From assembly GCA_965247365.1 (NCBI GenBank), contig CBDFHB010000001.1, positions 408,739-472,738 on the forward strand: DNA of 64,000 bases, written 5' to 3'. Shown piece by piece: positions 8,834-18,159 of the stretch. Under the pieces are notes generated by a model. The model was not told the DNA's origin. It saw only the letters and a program-made list of their open reading frames with translations, and ran no database searches. Source of the DNA: Candidatus Marinacidobacterales bacterium (GTDB lineage: Bacteria; Acidobacteriota; Vicinamibacteria; Marinacidobacterales; SMYC01). Both the position numbers and the translations under genes were made by a program. Positions within the stretch are counted from its first letter, which is position 1, and each line of letters starts with the position of its first letter.

Positions 8834-10234
8834 TCAGTTCTTCTTCGCCGCGAGCTCTCCTTCGAGCTCACGTAGATACTTGAAGCTGTAGATCCCCGAG
8901 TTGTGGCCGTCGGACCAGGCCATTTGAACGGCATAATTGCCTACCGGCTCGACACTCATCGGGCGGAAGTTCGAGGGCAGGAGCAGAATCAAGCTCTTGC
9001 GCTCGCCGGTCCACTCGTCGACGCAAAGAGCACAGGGACAGTGATTCCGAAGGAAGTCGAAGGGGAGGAGCGAGGCGGATCCGTCGGTCCAGAGGATCTT
9101 GAGCTTGCCTTCCTCCTCGAGAATCTCCTTCGGCTGTTCCGCCGAGGCGCTCTCGAAGTTCGCGCGGGCGACCCCTGCCGCGACGCGCGCGGCAATATCC
9201 AAGTAGGCTCGAGAGGCGGGTGCATCGGGATTTCTCACCACGATCGGCTGCCCCTCGTCACCGCCGACGACGACCTCGGGATCGAGAGGGATCCCACCGA
9301 GAAACGGCAATCCGAGCTCCCTCGCGATCGCTTCGCCCCCTCCCTTGCTGAAAATGTGGGTTCGCTCGTCGCAGTGCGGGCAGACGAAGTAGCTCATGTT
9401 CTCGATGACGCCGAGCACCGGAACCCGGACGGGCTGAAACATGCGGAGCCCCTTTTCCGCGATGGTCCGCGCCACGTCCTGGGGGGTGGTGACGATCACC
9501 GCGCCGGTCAGAGGAACGCTTTGCGTCAAAGTGAGCTGCACGTCGCCGGTGCCGGGAGGCAGATCGATGACGAGGTAGTCCAACTCTCCCCAGGCGACCC
9601 CCGACATGAACTGCTGGATGAGCTTCGTCGCCATCGGCCCCCGCCAGATCACCGGCGTCTCCTTGGAAGTGAGAAGTCCCATCGACATGATGCGAATGCC
9701 GTGAGATTCGATGGGAATGAGCCGTTGGCGTTCATCGGCTTCGGGCCGGTCGTGGATTCCGAACATCGTCCCCTGTGATGGGCCGTAGACGTCGGCGTCA
9801 CACAGTCCCACCGAGGCCCCGGCCCGGTGGAGCGCGACAGCGAGGTTCGCCGCGACGGTCGACTTGCCGACGCCTCCCTTTCCCGAAGCGATGGCGATGA
9901 GGTTCTTGACCCCCTCTGGTTTCTGCGGCGCCGGAGCCACTTGCCCTCCCGGCAATACTCGTTTGACTCCCGCAGGTGAGGCGGAGACACGCCAAGTGAC
10001 CTGCACGTTGGCTTCGCTCACGTCGGCAAGCTCGAGGAGCGCCGCCTCGGCCTGCGCTCGGAGCTTTACCTTCGCTTGGCTCGCTGGATTGGCAAGCTCG
10101 ATGTCACAGCTCACGATGGGGGCGCAGATCCGGACGTTCTTCACGTATCCAAGAGAAACGATATCCCGGCCCAGGTCCGGATCTCTCACGCCAGAGAGCT
10201 TATCGAGGACGTCTCGTTCACTAATCGTCGACAT
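8834..10234 (-). CDS. mrp: Mrp/ApbC/NBP35 Fe-S cluster carrier ATPase fused to an N-terminal DUF59 (MIP18-like) and a C-terminal DUF971 domain. The likely start is the internal ATG at 10234; the track ORF runs on to 10441.
   Basis: P-loop IAIASGKGGVGKSTVAANLAVAL; N-terminal DVLDKLSGVRDPDLGRDIVSLGYV; a CxxC pair; C-terminal tail WTDGSASLLPFDFLRNHCPCALC. Confidence 0.85.
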   Translation of the reverse strand: MSTISERDVLDKLSGVRDPDLGRDIVSLGYVKNVRICAPIVSCDIELANPASQAKVKLRAQAEAALLELADVSEANVQVTWRVSASPAGVKRVLPGGQVAPAPQKPEGVKNLIAIASGKGGVGKSTVAANLAVALHRAGASVGLCDADVYGPSQGTMFGIHDRPEADERQRLIPIESHGIRIMSMGLLTSKETPVIWRGPMATKLIQQFMSGVAWGELDYLVIDLPPGTGDVQLTLTQSVPLTGAVIVTTPQDVARTIAEKGLRMFQPVRVPVLGVIENMSYFVCPHCDERTHIFSKGGGEAIARELGLPFLGGIPLDPEVVVGGDEGQPIVVRNPDAPASRAYLDIAARVAAGVARANFESASAEQPKEILEEEGKLKILWTDGSASLLPFDFLRNHCPCALCVDEWTGERKSLILLLPSNFRPMSVEPVGNYAVQMAWSDGHNSGIYSFKYLRELEGELAAKKN

Positions 10235-10370
10235 GGCGGGATTATAGGGTAATAGGGTCCATGGTGGGCGTTTCGCAAGCTGCGAAGTTGAAAACTCATG
10301 GGTTTTTGTGAAATAAGAGCCAAGCTCATCGACGGTGCCAATAACGCCCCAACGCCGCGAGGAGGTCCCC

Positions 10371-12536
10371 ATGAACAGGAAGCTTACCGGTGTTCTCGTC
10401 TTGTGCGTTCTTGTCACGTGCTCCGTGCTCAGCCTCGCCAACTCTCAGGACAGCCAAGAACAACCTCCCCAGGGAGAAGAGGAGGAGGAAGAGCTACTGG
10501 CCTATAGTGAGACGGTCGTCGTGACGGCTTCGAAGGTGGAGCAACTACTCATCAACGCTCCCGCGACCGTGAGCGTCGTGACCTCCGACATCATCGAGAG
10601 CTCGCCCGCACAAAACTACGGGGAGCTACTGCGGGCCGTGCCCGGGGTCAACGTTTCTCAGACCTCGGCCCGGGACATCAATATCACCGCGCGGGGCGCC
10701 ACCTCCACTCTCGAGACGTCGCAGCTCGCGCTTCTCGACGGGCGCAGCATTTACCAGGATTTCTTCGGTTTCGTCGCCTGGGACTTCCTCCCGGTCGATA
10801 CCAGCGAGATCGCCCAGATCGAGGTCATCCGCGGCCCCGCGTCGGCGGTCTGGGGAGCCAACGCGATGAAGGGGGTCGTCAACGTGATCAGCAAGACCCC
10901 CCGCCAGCTCGACGGCACCTCGGTGACGCTCGGCTACGGGGCGGTCAACCGCGACGCGGAAGGTAGCGACCTCGGCACCGGTTCGTCCTATCGAATCAAT
11001 GTGACCCACGCCGATGCGGTCAACGACCGCTGGGCCTACAAGATTTCCGCCGGCTTCAAGGACATGGATGCGCTCGCGCGGCCTAGCGGCACCGTTCCCA
11101 TTGACGTGGACCGCGGCACCGGAGGTGGGGCCTATCCCCCGTTCGAGAACTCGGGTACCAGCCAGCCCAAGCTCGACGTCCGCGTCGACTACGACTATCC
11201 CGACGGCCGCCAGAAGCTCATTGTCGCCGGTGGAGTCGCGGGAACCTCGGGCATCATGCATACCGGCATCGGACCTTTCGACATCCAGTCGGGCACCGTG
11301 CTCGGCTACGGCAAGGTGAACTACGAGCGGGACAACTGGAAGGTGAATTTCTTCGCCAATCTCCTAGACGGGGACGCGCCGGCCCTATTGGCGATCGGCC
11401 CCACCGGGCAACCGATCAACTTCCTGTTCGACAACAAGACCTACGACGTCGAAGTGGGCAATTCGAAGGTCCTCGGCACCCGGCACATCGTCACCTATGG
11501 CGGGAACTTCCGCTACAACAGCTTCGATCTCTCCATCGCGCCTCTCGGGAACAACCGTACCGAGGGGGGCTTTTACATCCAGGACGAGATCTTTCTCTCG
11601 GAGCACTTCCGCTGGCTCATCGGTGGACGGGCCGACGGCTTCAGTGTCATCGACAAGTTCGTCTTTTCACCTCGGACGACGTTCATGGTCAAGCCGACCC
11701 CATCGCAAGCGTTCCGGGTCTCGTTCAACCGTGCGTTCCGCGCGCCCTCTTTCGTCAACAGCTTTCTGGACGTCACGATCCTGCAGCAGATCGATTTGGG
11801 CGCGCTCGATCCTCGCCTGGCCGGACAAACCTACGTGTTTCCCGTCGTGGCGACGGGAAACATCGACCTCAACGAGGAGAGCCTCACTGCCTACGAGATC
11901 GGATATACCGGCACCTTTGCCAACCGCTACACTTTGAGCGCCGCCTGGTACTTGAACGAGACCAAGGACAATATTTTTTTCACGCAATCCGAGAACTACT
12001 CGAGCGCGAACCCTCCTCCGCGATGGCCCTTGCCGCCAGGAACCCTGGATTTTCTCACCAGCATCGGTCGGGGACTTCCGTCGAACTTCACCTATCTCAA
12101 CTTCAACGCCGTCACCGATACCGGTATAGAGCTCGGGCTCAACGCACAGCTGAACTCGGACGTCAGCATTTTCGCCAACTATTCCTGGCAGGACGAGCCC
12201 GACCCCGAAAACCCCGAGGAGTTCTCCGAGCTGAACATCCCTCCGGCGAATCGGTTCAACGCCGGTCTGAACTATTCGGGCGATCGCTTCTTCGGAAGTC
12301 TGTCGGTGAACTACACCGATACGGCGTTCTGGACGGACGTCCTCGAGGCGCGCTTCCACGGCGCGACCGAGTCCTACACGATGCTGAACGGAGGATTGGG
12401 CGTGCGTTTTGCGGAAGGAAAGGTCAGCGCTGGCGTGAAGTTCTCGAACCTGACCAACGCGAACGCGCAGCAGCATATCTTCGGCGACATCATCAAACGG
12501 CAGGTGCTCGGCGAGCTCAAGCTCAGCTTGAATTAG
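10371..12536 (+). CDS. TonB-dependent outer-membrane receptor (plug plus beta-barrel).
   Basis: Signal peptide MNRKLTGVLVLCVLVTCSVLSLA; plug region ETVVVTASKVEQLLINAPATVSVVTSDIIE...ALLDGRSIY; C-terminal Phe/aromatic residue. Confidence 0.88.
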   Translation: MNRKLTGVLVLCVLVTCSVLSLANSQDSQEQPPQGEEEEEELLAYSETVVVTASKVEQLLINAPATVSVVTSDIIESSPAQNYGELLRAVPGVNVSQTSARDINITARGATSTLETSQLALLDGRSIYQDFFGFVAWDFLPVDTSEIAQIEVIRGPASAVWGANAMKGVVNVISKTPRQLDGTSVTLGYGAVNRDAEGSDLGTGSSYRINVTHADAVNDRWAYKISAGFKDMDALARPSGTVPIDVDRGTGGGAYPPFENSGTSQPKLDVRVDYDYPDGRQKLIVAGGVAGTSGIMHTGIGPFDIQSGTVLGYGKVNYERDNWKVNFFANLLDGDAPALLAIGPTGQPINFLFDNKTYDVEVGNSKVLGTRHIVTYGGNFRYNSFDLSIAPLGNNRTEGGFYIQDEIFLSEHFRWLIGGRADGFSVIDKFVFSPRTTFMVKPTPSQAFRVSFNRAFRAPSFVNSFLDVTILQQIDLGALDPRLAGQTYVFPVVATGNIDLNEESLTAYEIGYTGTFANRYTLSAAWYLNETKDNIFFTQSENYSSANPPPRWPLPPGTLDFLTSIGRGLPSNFTYLNFNAVTDTGIELGLNAQLNSDVSIFANYSWQDEPDPENPEEFSELNIPPANRFNAGLNYSGDRFFGSLSVNYTDTAFWTDVLEARFHGATESYTMLNGGLGVRFAEGKVSAGVKFSNLTNANAQQHIFGDIIKRQVLGELKLSLN

Positions 12537-12538
12537 TG

Positions 12539-13603
12539 CTACTTCAGGGACTCCATCACTTCGTCGAGGGCCGACTTGGGTGGGCGGACCCTCGAGAGCG
12601 GAAGGGTCGCCAGAGGCTCGCCGACCATGTTCAATAGCTCGATCAAGTTCTTCTTCTTCGTATCGACGTAGATGAGCCCCGTGAGAAACTGCTGTTTCTC
12701 GTGGGAATCGAGGAGTAGCTCGAGCGCACGCCGACGATTGGTCGGATCGTAGTCGCGGTCGATCTTCTTCAGAAGGATGTGGGAGCCGTCATGAAGCTCG
12801 ACGTCCGCCGTCTGGCCCTCGTCGTAGTCCACGGCGATGTTCTCGAAGAAGGGAACGAAGTCGACTTCGTGAATGAGCTCTTCGTTGTCTTTCCCCCAGG
12901 TGTAGCTCTTGGTGGAGCCAGGATGATTGTTGAAGGTCACGCAGGGGCTGATGATGTCGAGGACCGCCGTGCCGTTGTGGCCGAAGGCACCTTTCACGAG
13001 CGCAACCACCTGTTTCGGATCCCCGGCGAAGGAACGGGCCACATAGGTCGCTCCGAGCTCGACCGCCAGCCCGCAGAGATCGATGGCGGGTAGGTCGTTG
13101 ACCACGCCCGTTTTGAGCTTGGAGCCGAGGTCGGCGGTCGCAGAGAACTGGCCCTTCGTGAGCCCGTAGACCCCGTTGTTCTCGATGATATAAACGACGG
13201 GGAGATTCCGGCGGAGAAGGTGGACGAACTGCCCGATCCCGATCGAAGCCGTGTCGCCGTCCCCCGATACGCCCACGGCAACTAGATTCCGGTTCGCGAG
13301 AACGCTACCGGTCGCGATCGAGGGCATGCGCCCGTGAACGGCGTTGAAGCCGTGGCTTTGACTCAGCCAGTAGGCCGGTGTCTTCGAGGAGCATCCAATC
13401 CCCGACAGCTTCGCGACACGGTGCGGCTCGATTCCATATTCATAGAAAGCCTTGATGAGCTGGCTGCTGATGGAATCGTGGCCACAACCCTTGCAGAGCG
13501 TGGAGGGCTTGCCCTTGTAGTCCGTCTGCGCGAGCCCGATGCGATTGACTTTCTTCTGTGGTGGCTCCTTGACCGTGGTTGCCATGTCGCTGTGTTCTCC
13601 CAA
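12539..13603 (-). CDS. korB: 2-oxoglutarate/2-oxoacid:ferredoxin oxidoreductase beta subunit (TPP-binding).
   Basis: CKGCGHDSISSQLIKAF...GIGCSS, with the TPP-binding fold GDGD. Confidence 0.88.
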   Translation of the reverse strand: MGEHSDMATTVKEPPQKKVNRIGLAQTDYKGKPSTLCKGCGHDSISSQLIKAFYEYGIEPHRVAKLSGIGCSSKTPAYWLSQSHGFNAVHGRMPSIATGSVLANRNLVAVGVSGDGDTASIGIGQFVHLLRRNLPVVYIIENNGVYGLTKGQFSATADLGSKLKTGVVNDLPAIDLCGLAVELGATYVARSFAGDPKQVVALVKGAFGHNGTAVLDIISPCVTFNNHPGSTKSYTWGKDNEELIHEVDFVPFFENIAVDYDEGQTADVELHDGSHILLKKIDRDYDPTNRRRALELLLDSHEKQQFLTGLIYVDTKKKNLIELLNMVGEPLATLPLSRVRPPKSALDEVMESLK

Positions 13604-13615
13604 TCTATAACTATG

Positions 13616-15460
13616 TTAGCGCAACGACTCTTGTTCGAGAATGCTATCGGTCACACTGCGGGCATCGATCGGATGTCCGTTGAAGTGAAGAACGCTCCTG
13701 AGCTTCGCGATGAGCTCGGGACGATCGGCCAGCTCGTTGCGCAGAAGCTCGCGCATCTGGGCGTCACGATTCTGCTCCACGACGTAGACGCGCTCGTGAC
13801 TTTCGACGAAGTCTTCCAGCTTCTTGTCTAATGGCAAAGCTCTGATTCTGAGATAGCTGGTCTTGTGGTCGCTCTCCTGGCGCAACTGGTCTCGAGACTC
13901 GACGACGGCCCAGTGGGTCGTTCCGAAAGCGATGAGTCCGATCTCGGCGCCTTCCTCGATCTCCGCGACGGGCCCCGGCACCTGCGCGCGCGCGGTCTCG
14001 AATTTCCGCGCCAGGCGCGTCATGGTGTTCTCGTACTTGTCGGGACGCTCGCTGTACTCCGCGTTCTCGTCGTGGCCGCTTCCGCGGTTGAAATAAGCCG
14101 CGCGTGCGTGCGGCGTCCCTGGAAGGGTTCGGTAGGGAATACCGTCGCCGTCCACGTCACGATAGCGCCCGAAGGACTCGACCTTGTCGAGCTCCTCGGC
14201 GGTCAATACCTTGCCGCGATCGGTGGGCTTGTCCGGATAGGGAAACGCGTCCGACATCCAGATATTCATGCCGAGGTCCAGGTCGGACATGACAAAGACG
14301 GGTGTCTGGAAGCGCTCGGCGAGGTCGAACGACGTGCCACCGAACTCGAAGCACTCCGAAACCGAGCACGGAAACAGCAGAATGTGCTTCGTATCGCCAT
14401 GAGAAAGGTAGTAAGTGCTCAGGATGTCGCCCTGGGCTGTACGGGTCGGGAGGCCCGTCGAAGGACCGACCCGCTGGATGTCCCAAATGACGACCGGTAT
14501 TTCCGAGAAGTAGGCGAGGCCGACGAACTCCGACATGAGCGAGATGCCTGGGCCGCTCGTCGAGGTCATGGAACGGGCCCCAGCCCAACCGGCGCCCACG
14601 ACCATACCGACGGCGGCGAGCTCGTCCTCCGCTTGAACGACGGCGAAAGTGGCCTTGCCGGTCTCCTCGTCGATGCGGTATTCGTTCAGGTAGTCGATCA
14701 GAGACTCGACCAAGCTCGAGGAAGGCGTGATGGGATACCACGTCACGACGGTCACACCATTGAACATCGAGCCGAGAGCTGCCGCGGCATTGCCATCGAT
14801 GAGAATCTTCCCCAAGGCCTCGTCCATGCGCTCGACGCGCAGCGGGTCTGACTTCGCCAGATTCTTTTTCGCGTAGTCGAACCCGATATCGATCGCTTTC
14901 ATGTTCAGCTCGATCGCCTTGGCTTTCGATTTGAACTGCTTTGCGATTGCGGTCTTGATCTCCTCCATGTCAATGGAGAGAAGCTGACCCACGACACCGA
15001 CGTAGATCATATTGGCGAGAAGCTTGCGAAGCCGCGCCTCTTCGATGACTTCCTTCGCTAGCTCGGCGAAAGGCACCGGATAAAAGACAAGGTCATTGCG
15101 GATCTTCTCGAGACCTAGCGTTTGCTCGAAAACGACCGCGGCCCCCGCCGCGAGAGACTCGACGTCTTCGCGCGCCGTTTGAGCGTTCATGGCGATGAGG
15201 AGATCCACTTCCCGCTTGCGCGCGACATAGCTCTTCTTGCTCGCCCGAATCGTAAACCAGGTGGGAAGCCCTTGAATGTTCGACGGGAAGAGGTTCTTTC
15301 CGGAGACGGGCACGCCCATCTGGAAGATGGCCCGCAACAGGACGTTGTTCGAGGACTGGCTTCCGGAACCGTTGACGGTCGCGACCTGGATCGAAAAATC
15401 GTTGACGAGGATCGGTTTGACGTCTTGTTTCGTCGCACCTACGAGGGTCTGTGTGGACAT
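13616..15460 (-). CDS. korA: 2-oxoglutarate/2-oxoacid:ferredoxin oxidoreductase alpha subunit.
   Basis: N-terminus MSTQTLVGATKQD...FSIQVATVNGSGSQSSNNVLLRAIFQMG and the transketolase-like domain, typical of OFOR alpha. It lies 12 nt upstream of korB. Confidence 0.88.
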   Translation of the reverse strand: MSTQTLVGATKQDVKPILVNDFSIQVATVNGSGSQSSNNVLLRAIFQMGVPVSGKNLFPSNIQGLPTWFTIRASKKSYVARKREVDLLIAMNAQTAREDVESLAAGAAVVFEQTLGLEKIRNDLVFYPVPFAELAKEVIEEARLRKLLANMIYVGVVGQLLSIDMEEIKTAIAKQFKSKAKAIELNMKAIDIGFDYAKKNLAKSDPLRVERMDEALGKILIDGNAAAALGSMFNGVTVVTWYPITPSSSLVESLIDYLNEYRIDEETGKATFAVVQAEDELAAVGMVVGAGWAGARSMTSTSGPGISLMSEFVGLAYFSEIPVVIWDIQRVGPSTGLPTRTAQGDILSTYYLSHGDTKHILLFPCSVSECFEFGGTSFDLAERFQTPVFVMSDLDLGMNIWMSDAFPYPDKPTDRGKVLTAEELDKVESFGRYRDVDGDGIPYRTLPGTPHARAAYFNRGSGHDENAEYSERPDKYENTMTRLARKFETARAQVPGPVAEIEEGAEIGLIAFGTTHWAVVESRDQLRQESDHKTSYLRIRALPLDKKLEDFVESHERVYVVEQNRDAQMRELLRNELADRPELIAKLRSVLHFNGHPIDARSVTDSILEQESLR

Positions 15461-15527
15461 TGTTATGGAGTCTCCCGTGGCGAGGGGCTTACGTTCGCGC
15501 TTTTACGTCAAGCGTCCTTATAGGAAA

Positions 15528-16937
15528 TCATACCAAATCAAGGAGGCGTTCAAAGAAAGGATGTGCGCTAAAACTGGTGCTTTTGGATGGTTCATAGGCT
15601 CTCAGGACGACGCCCCTTCTGGCCGGCCACCACCGGTCTCTTCCGGGGAACACCGTAGCGAGCAATCTTGTAATGCAGTGCACGCGGGCTGATTCCGAGA
15701 ATCCGAGCCGCTTTCTGGCGGTGGTCCGTGACCTCTTCCAGCGTGCGGCGGCGCCTGCGGTCGCAATCTCGGGGGGGAGATGCTGGGGTCGGATCGTCGA
15801 CTCCTCGATGGTGACGGTAAGTCGCTCGATGACGTTTCGGAGCTCGCGGACGTTCCCCGGCCAGTCGTAGTGTGCGAGAAGCTCCACCGCATCTCGAGAG
15901 ATCCGTTTGACGGCCTTGCGATTCGCAAGAGCGAACTCGTTCAGGAACCCACTAACGAGAAGCGGAATGTCCTCGCGGCGCTCTCGCAAGGACGGAAGGT
16001 GGATAGGAACGACCGCGAGCCGGTAGTAGAGATCCTGACGAAAACGTCCCTCCTCCACCTCGGTCAGCAGATCCTTGTTCGTCGCCGCGATGATACGCAC
16101 GTCGACGCGGATGATCTTCTCCCCCCCCAGCCTGCGAAACTCGCGCTCCTGTAGAACCCTCAGAAACTCGACCTGGGTCTTTCTGCTCATCTCGCCCACT
16201 TCGTCGAGAAACAAGGTGCCGCTGTCCGCCATCTCGATCCTGCCCTCTTTGGAATCGACGGCTCCCGTGAAGGCGCCCCGTTCGAATCCAAACAGCTCGC
16301 TCTCCAGGAGGCCCTCGGGTAGAGCGCCGCAGTTGATCGAAACGAAGGGCCGCGCTCGACGACCGCTTCGTTGGTGGATCGCTTTGGCGACGAGCTCCTT
16401 GCCGGTACCACTCTCGCCGGTCAGAAGCGTGGTCGCGGAGGTATTCGCCACCTGCTCGGCCACTTCGTAAACTTCGGTGATGCGTCGGCTCTTTCCCACG
16501 ATCTTGGCGTATTCGTCCTTCAGTGAGAGTCGTTCTCGCAGCGAGCGGTTCTCCTCGGAGAGGCGTCTCCGCTCGAGAGCCTTTTGGGCCAGGACCGGTA
16601 GGCGCGTCGGATCGAGGGGCTTGACGAGATAGTCGTAAGCGCCTTGTCGCATGGCCAAGACCGCCGTCGTCACCGACCCCTCACCGGACTGCGTGAGGAT
16701 GATCTCCGTCTCCGGCGCCACTTTCTTGAGCCGAAAGAGCTGGCTCGCCCAATCAGCCTCGAGAAGCTCGATGCTAACGATGGCCAATCCGTAGCGAGAC
16801 AGGTCCTCCTCTTGAAGCCGACCCCCGCCCGCCGCCGTCAAGCCGCGATCGGCGAGCCACGTCGAGATTTCCCTTCGCTCCGAGGGGACGGCATCGAGCA
16901 CGAGCACGCGCTCCGATCGTTCCAAAGTTTCAGCCAT
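15528..16937 (-). CDS. Sigma-54-dependent transcriptional activator (NtrC family) with an apparent frameshift at a G7/C7 homopolymer. The authentic Fis-type HTH C-terminus is in another frame and ends at 15592.
   Basis: AAA+ motifs TGESGTGKELVAKAIH...GAFTGA and ESELFGFERGAFTGA. After ...RPQHLPPEI the called frame degenerates, while the alternative frame reads LEEVTDHRQKAARILGISPRALHYKIARYG, a classic HTH_8. The N-terminal receiver-like domain lacks the phospho-acceptor Asp. Confidence 0.85.
   Translation of the reverse strand: MAETLERSERVLVLDAVPSERREISTWLADRGLTAAGGGRLQEEDLSRYGLAIVSIELLEADWASQLFRLKKVAPETEIILTQSGEGSVTTAVLAMRQGAYDYLVKPLDPTRLPVLAQKALERRRLSEENRSLRERLSLKDEYAKIVGKSRRITEVYEVAEQVANTSATTLLTGESGTGKELVAKAIHQRSGRRARPFVSINCGALPEGLLESELFGFERGAFTGAVDSKEGRIEMADSGTLFLDEVGEMSRKTQVEFLRVLQEREFRRLGGEKIIRVDVRIIAATNKDLLTEVEEGRFRQDLYYRLAVVPIHLPSLRERREDIPLLVSGFLNEFALANRKAVKRISRDAVELLAHYDWPGNVRELRNVIERLTVTIEESTIRPQHLPPEIATAGAAARWKRSRTTARKRLGFSESARVHCITRLLATVFPGRDRWWPARRGVVLRAYEPSKSTSFSAHPFFERLLDLV
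15771..15777. other. G7 homopolymer at the frameshift site of the sigma-54 activator.
   Basis: ctc ggggggg aga. A length change of one nucleotide (+1 or -2) restores one continuous REC-AAA-HTH reading frame. Confidence 0.7.
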
Positions 16938-17331
16938 CTATTCCGATCCAGGCCAGAGGTACTCATACTGCAAGAGATGTGCCACAAATCGAAGCTCGAT
17001 GAAGGGCCTTAGAATCAAGAGTTTGGAACGGTACTTCTAAGAGATGATCGCCGGGCCACATAATACTGCATATTTTGCTCACTTCTTGTGGCAGTGCTCG
17101 CCAACTTACGAGCCAGAGTCTCGAGAGCCCAAGAATTAAATTCCTCTAAACCTATTCAATCAATACACTTGTCAACCAGGACGGATGCTTTGCGGATGCA
17201 ATCCCTCGTAGTGCACATTGTGCGCAAACGTCTCCGTGCCCGCTCCCAATATGACACAGGCAGAGGACATTGACACGTCGAAATCCTCCATCTACACTGC
17301 GAACGAAACTCGTTTTGGGGAGGAGGCCTCG

Positions 17332-18159
17332 GTGAGACCAACGTGGAAGGGATTCCTCAAGCTTTCGCTCGTGAACATCCCTATCAGGATGTACCCGGCG
17401 GCGCGCTCCCAGGCGCTCTCCTTTAACCAGATTCACAAGCTTTGCAACAGCCGTGTCAAATACGACAAACGCTGTCCGAGCTGCGACCGAAGCGTATCGA
17501 GCGACGAGATCCTGAAGGGCTACCAATACGCAAAGGAACAGTACATCATCATGGACGAGGAGGACTTCACAAAAGTCACACTCGAATCCACCAAGTCGAT
17601 CAGTATCGTCCAATTCGTCGAGCAGGACGAAATCGATCCGCTCTACTACCACGGCTCGCACTACATCGTTCCCGATGGACCGGTCGCGATCGAGAGCTTC
17701 GCCACGATTCTCAAGGCGACCGAGGACAAGAAGCGCATCGCCCTCGCTCGCGTCGTGATGAACGGAAAGGAGCAGGTCGTCGCGATCCGTCCTCGTGATA
17801 AAGCTTTCGTCATGTCGGCGCTGTATTATGCTGACGAGGTGCGGGCTCTTTCAGGAATCGAGGAGCTCGAAGCGGAGCCGGAGGTCAATCCGGAGGAGCT
17901 AGCTCTCGCCTTACAGCTCATCGAGTCCATCACCAAGCCCTTCGACCCCGAGGCCTTCGAGGACAACTATCGAAAGGCACTACTCGAGATCATCAAGGCC
18001 AAGGAAGAAGGCAAGGAGATCGTCGCGCCGCCGGAGGTCGAAACTGGAAAGGTCATCAACCTCATGGAGGCCCTCAAGACGAGCCTCGAGCGGAGCGCCG
18101 TCGCTCCAGCCGAGACCCCAGCCGAGATCGGCGAGCAGAAGAAAGCTATTAACGAATAG
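17332..18159 (+). CDS. ku: Ku protein (NHEJ). GTG start at 17332 with GGAGG upstream; the track start 17218 is probably too far 5'.
   Basis: VRPTWKGFLKLSLVNIPIRMYPAARS matches the Ku N-terminus (AIWKGxISFGLVNIPV) and the protein has a Ku core. Confidence 0.9.
   Translation: MRPTWKGFLKLSLVNIPIRMYPAARSQALSFNQIHKLCNSRVKYDKRCPSCDRSVSSDEILKGYQYAKEQYIIMDEEDFTKVTLESTKSISIVQFVEQDEIDPLYYHGSHYIVPDGPVAIESFATILKATEDKKRIALARVVMNGKEQVVAIRPRDKAFVMSALYYADEVRALSGIEELEAEPEVNPEELALALQLIESITKPFDPEAFEDNYRKALLEIIKAKEEGKEIVAPPEVETGKVINLMEALKTSLERSAVAPAETPAEIGEQKKAINE

Noticed and set aside
16938-17331. Sigma-54 -24/-12 promoter candidate (TGGCAGtgctcGCCAA) upstream of ku.
   Set aside because: The spacing between the GG and GC elements does not fit the TGGCAC-N5-TTGCA consensus.
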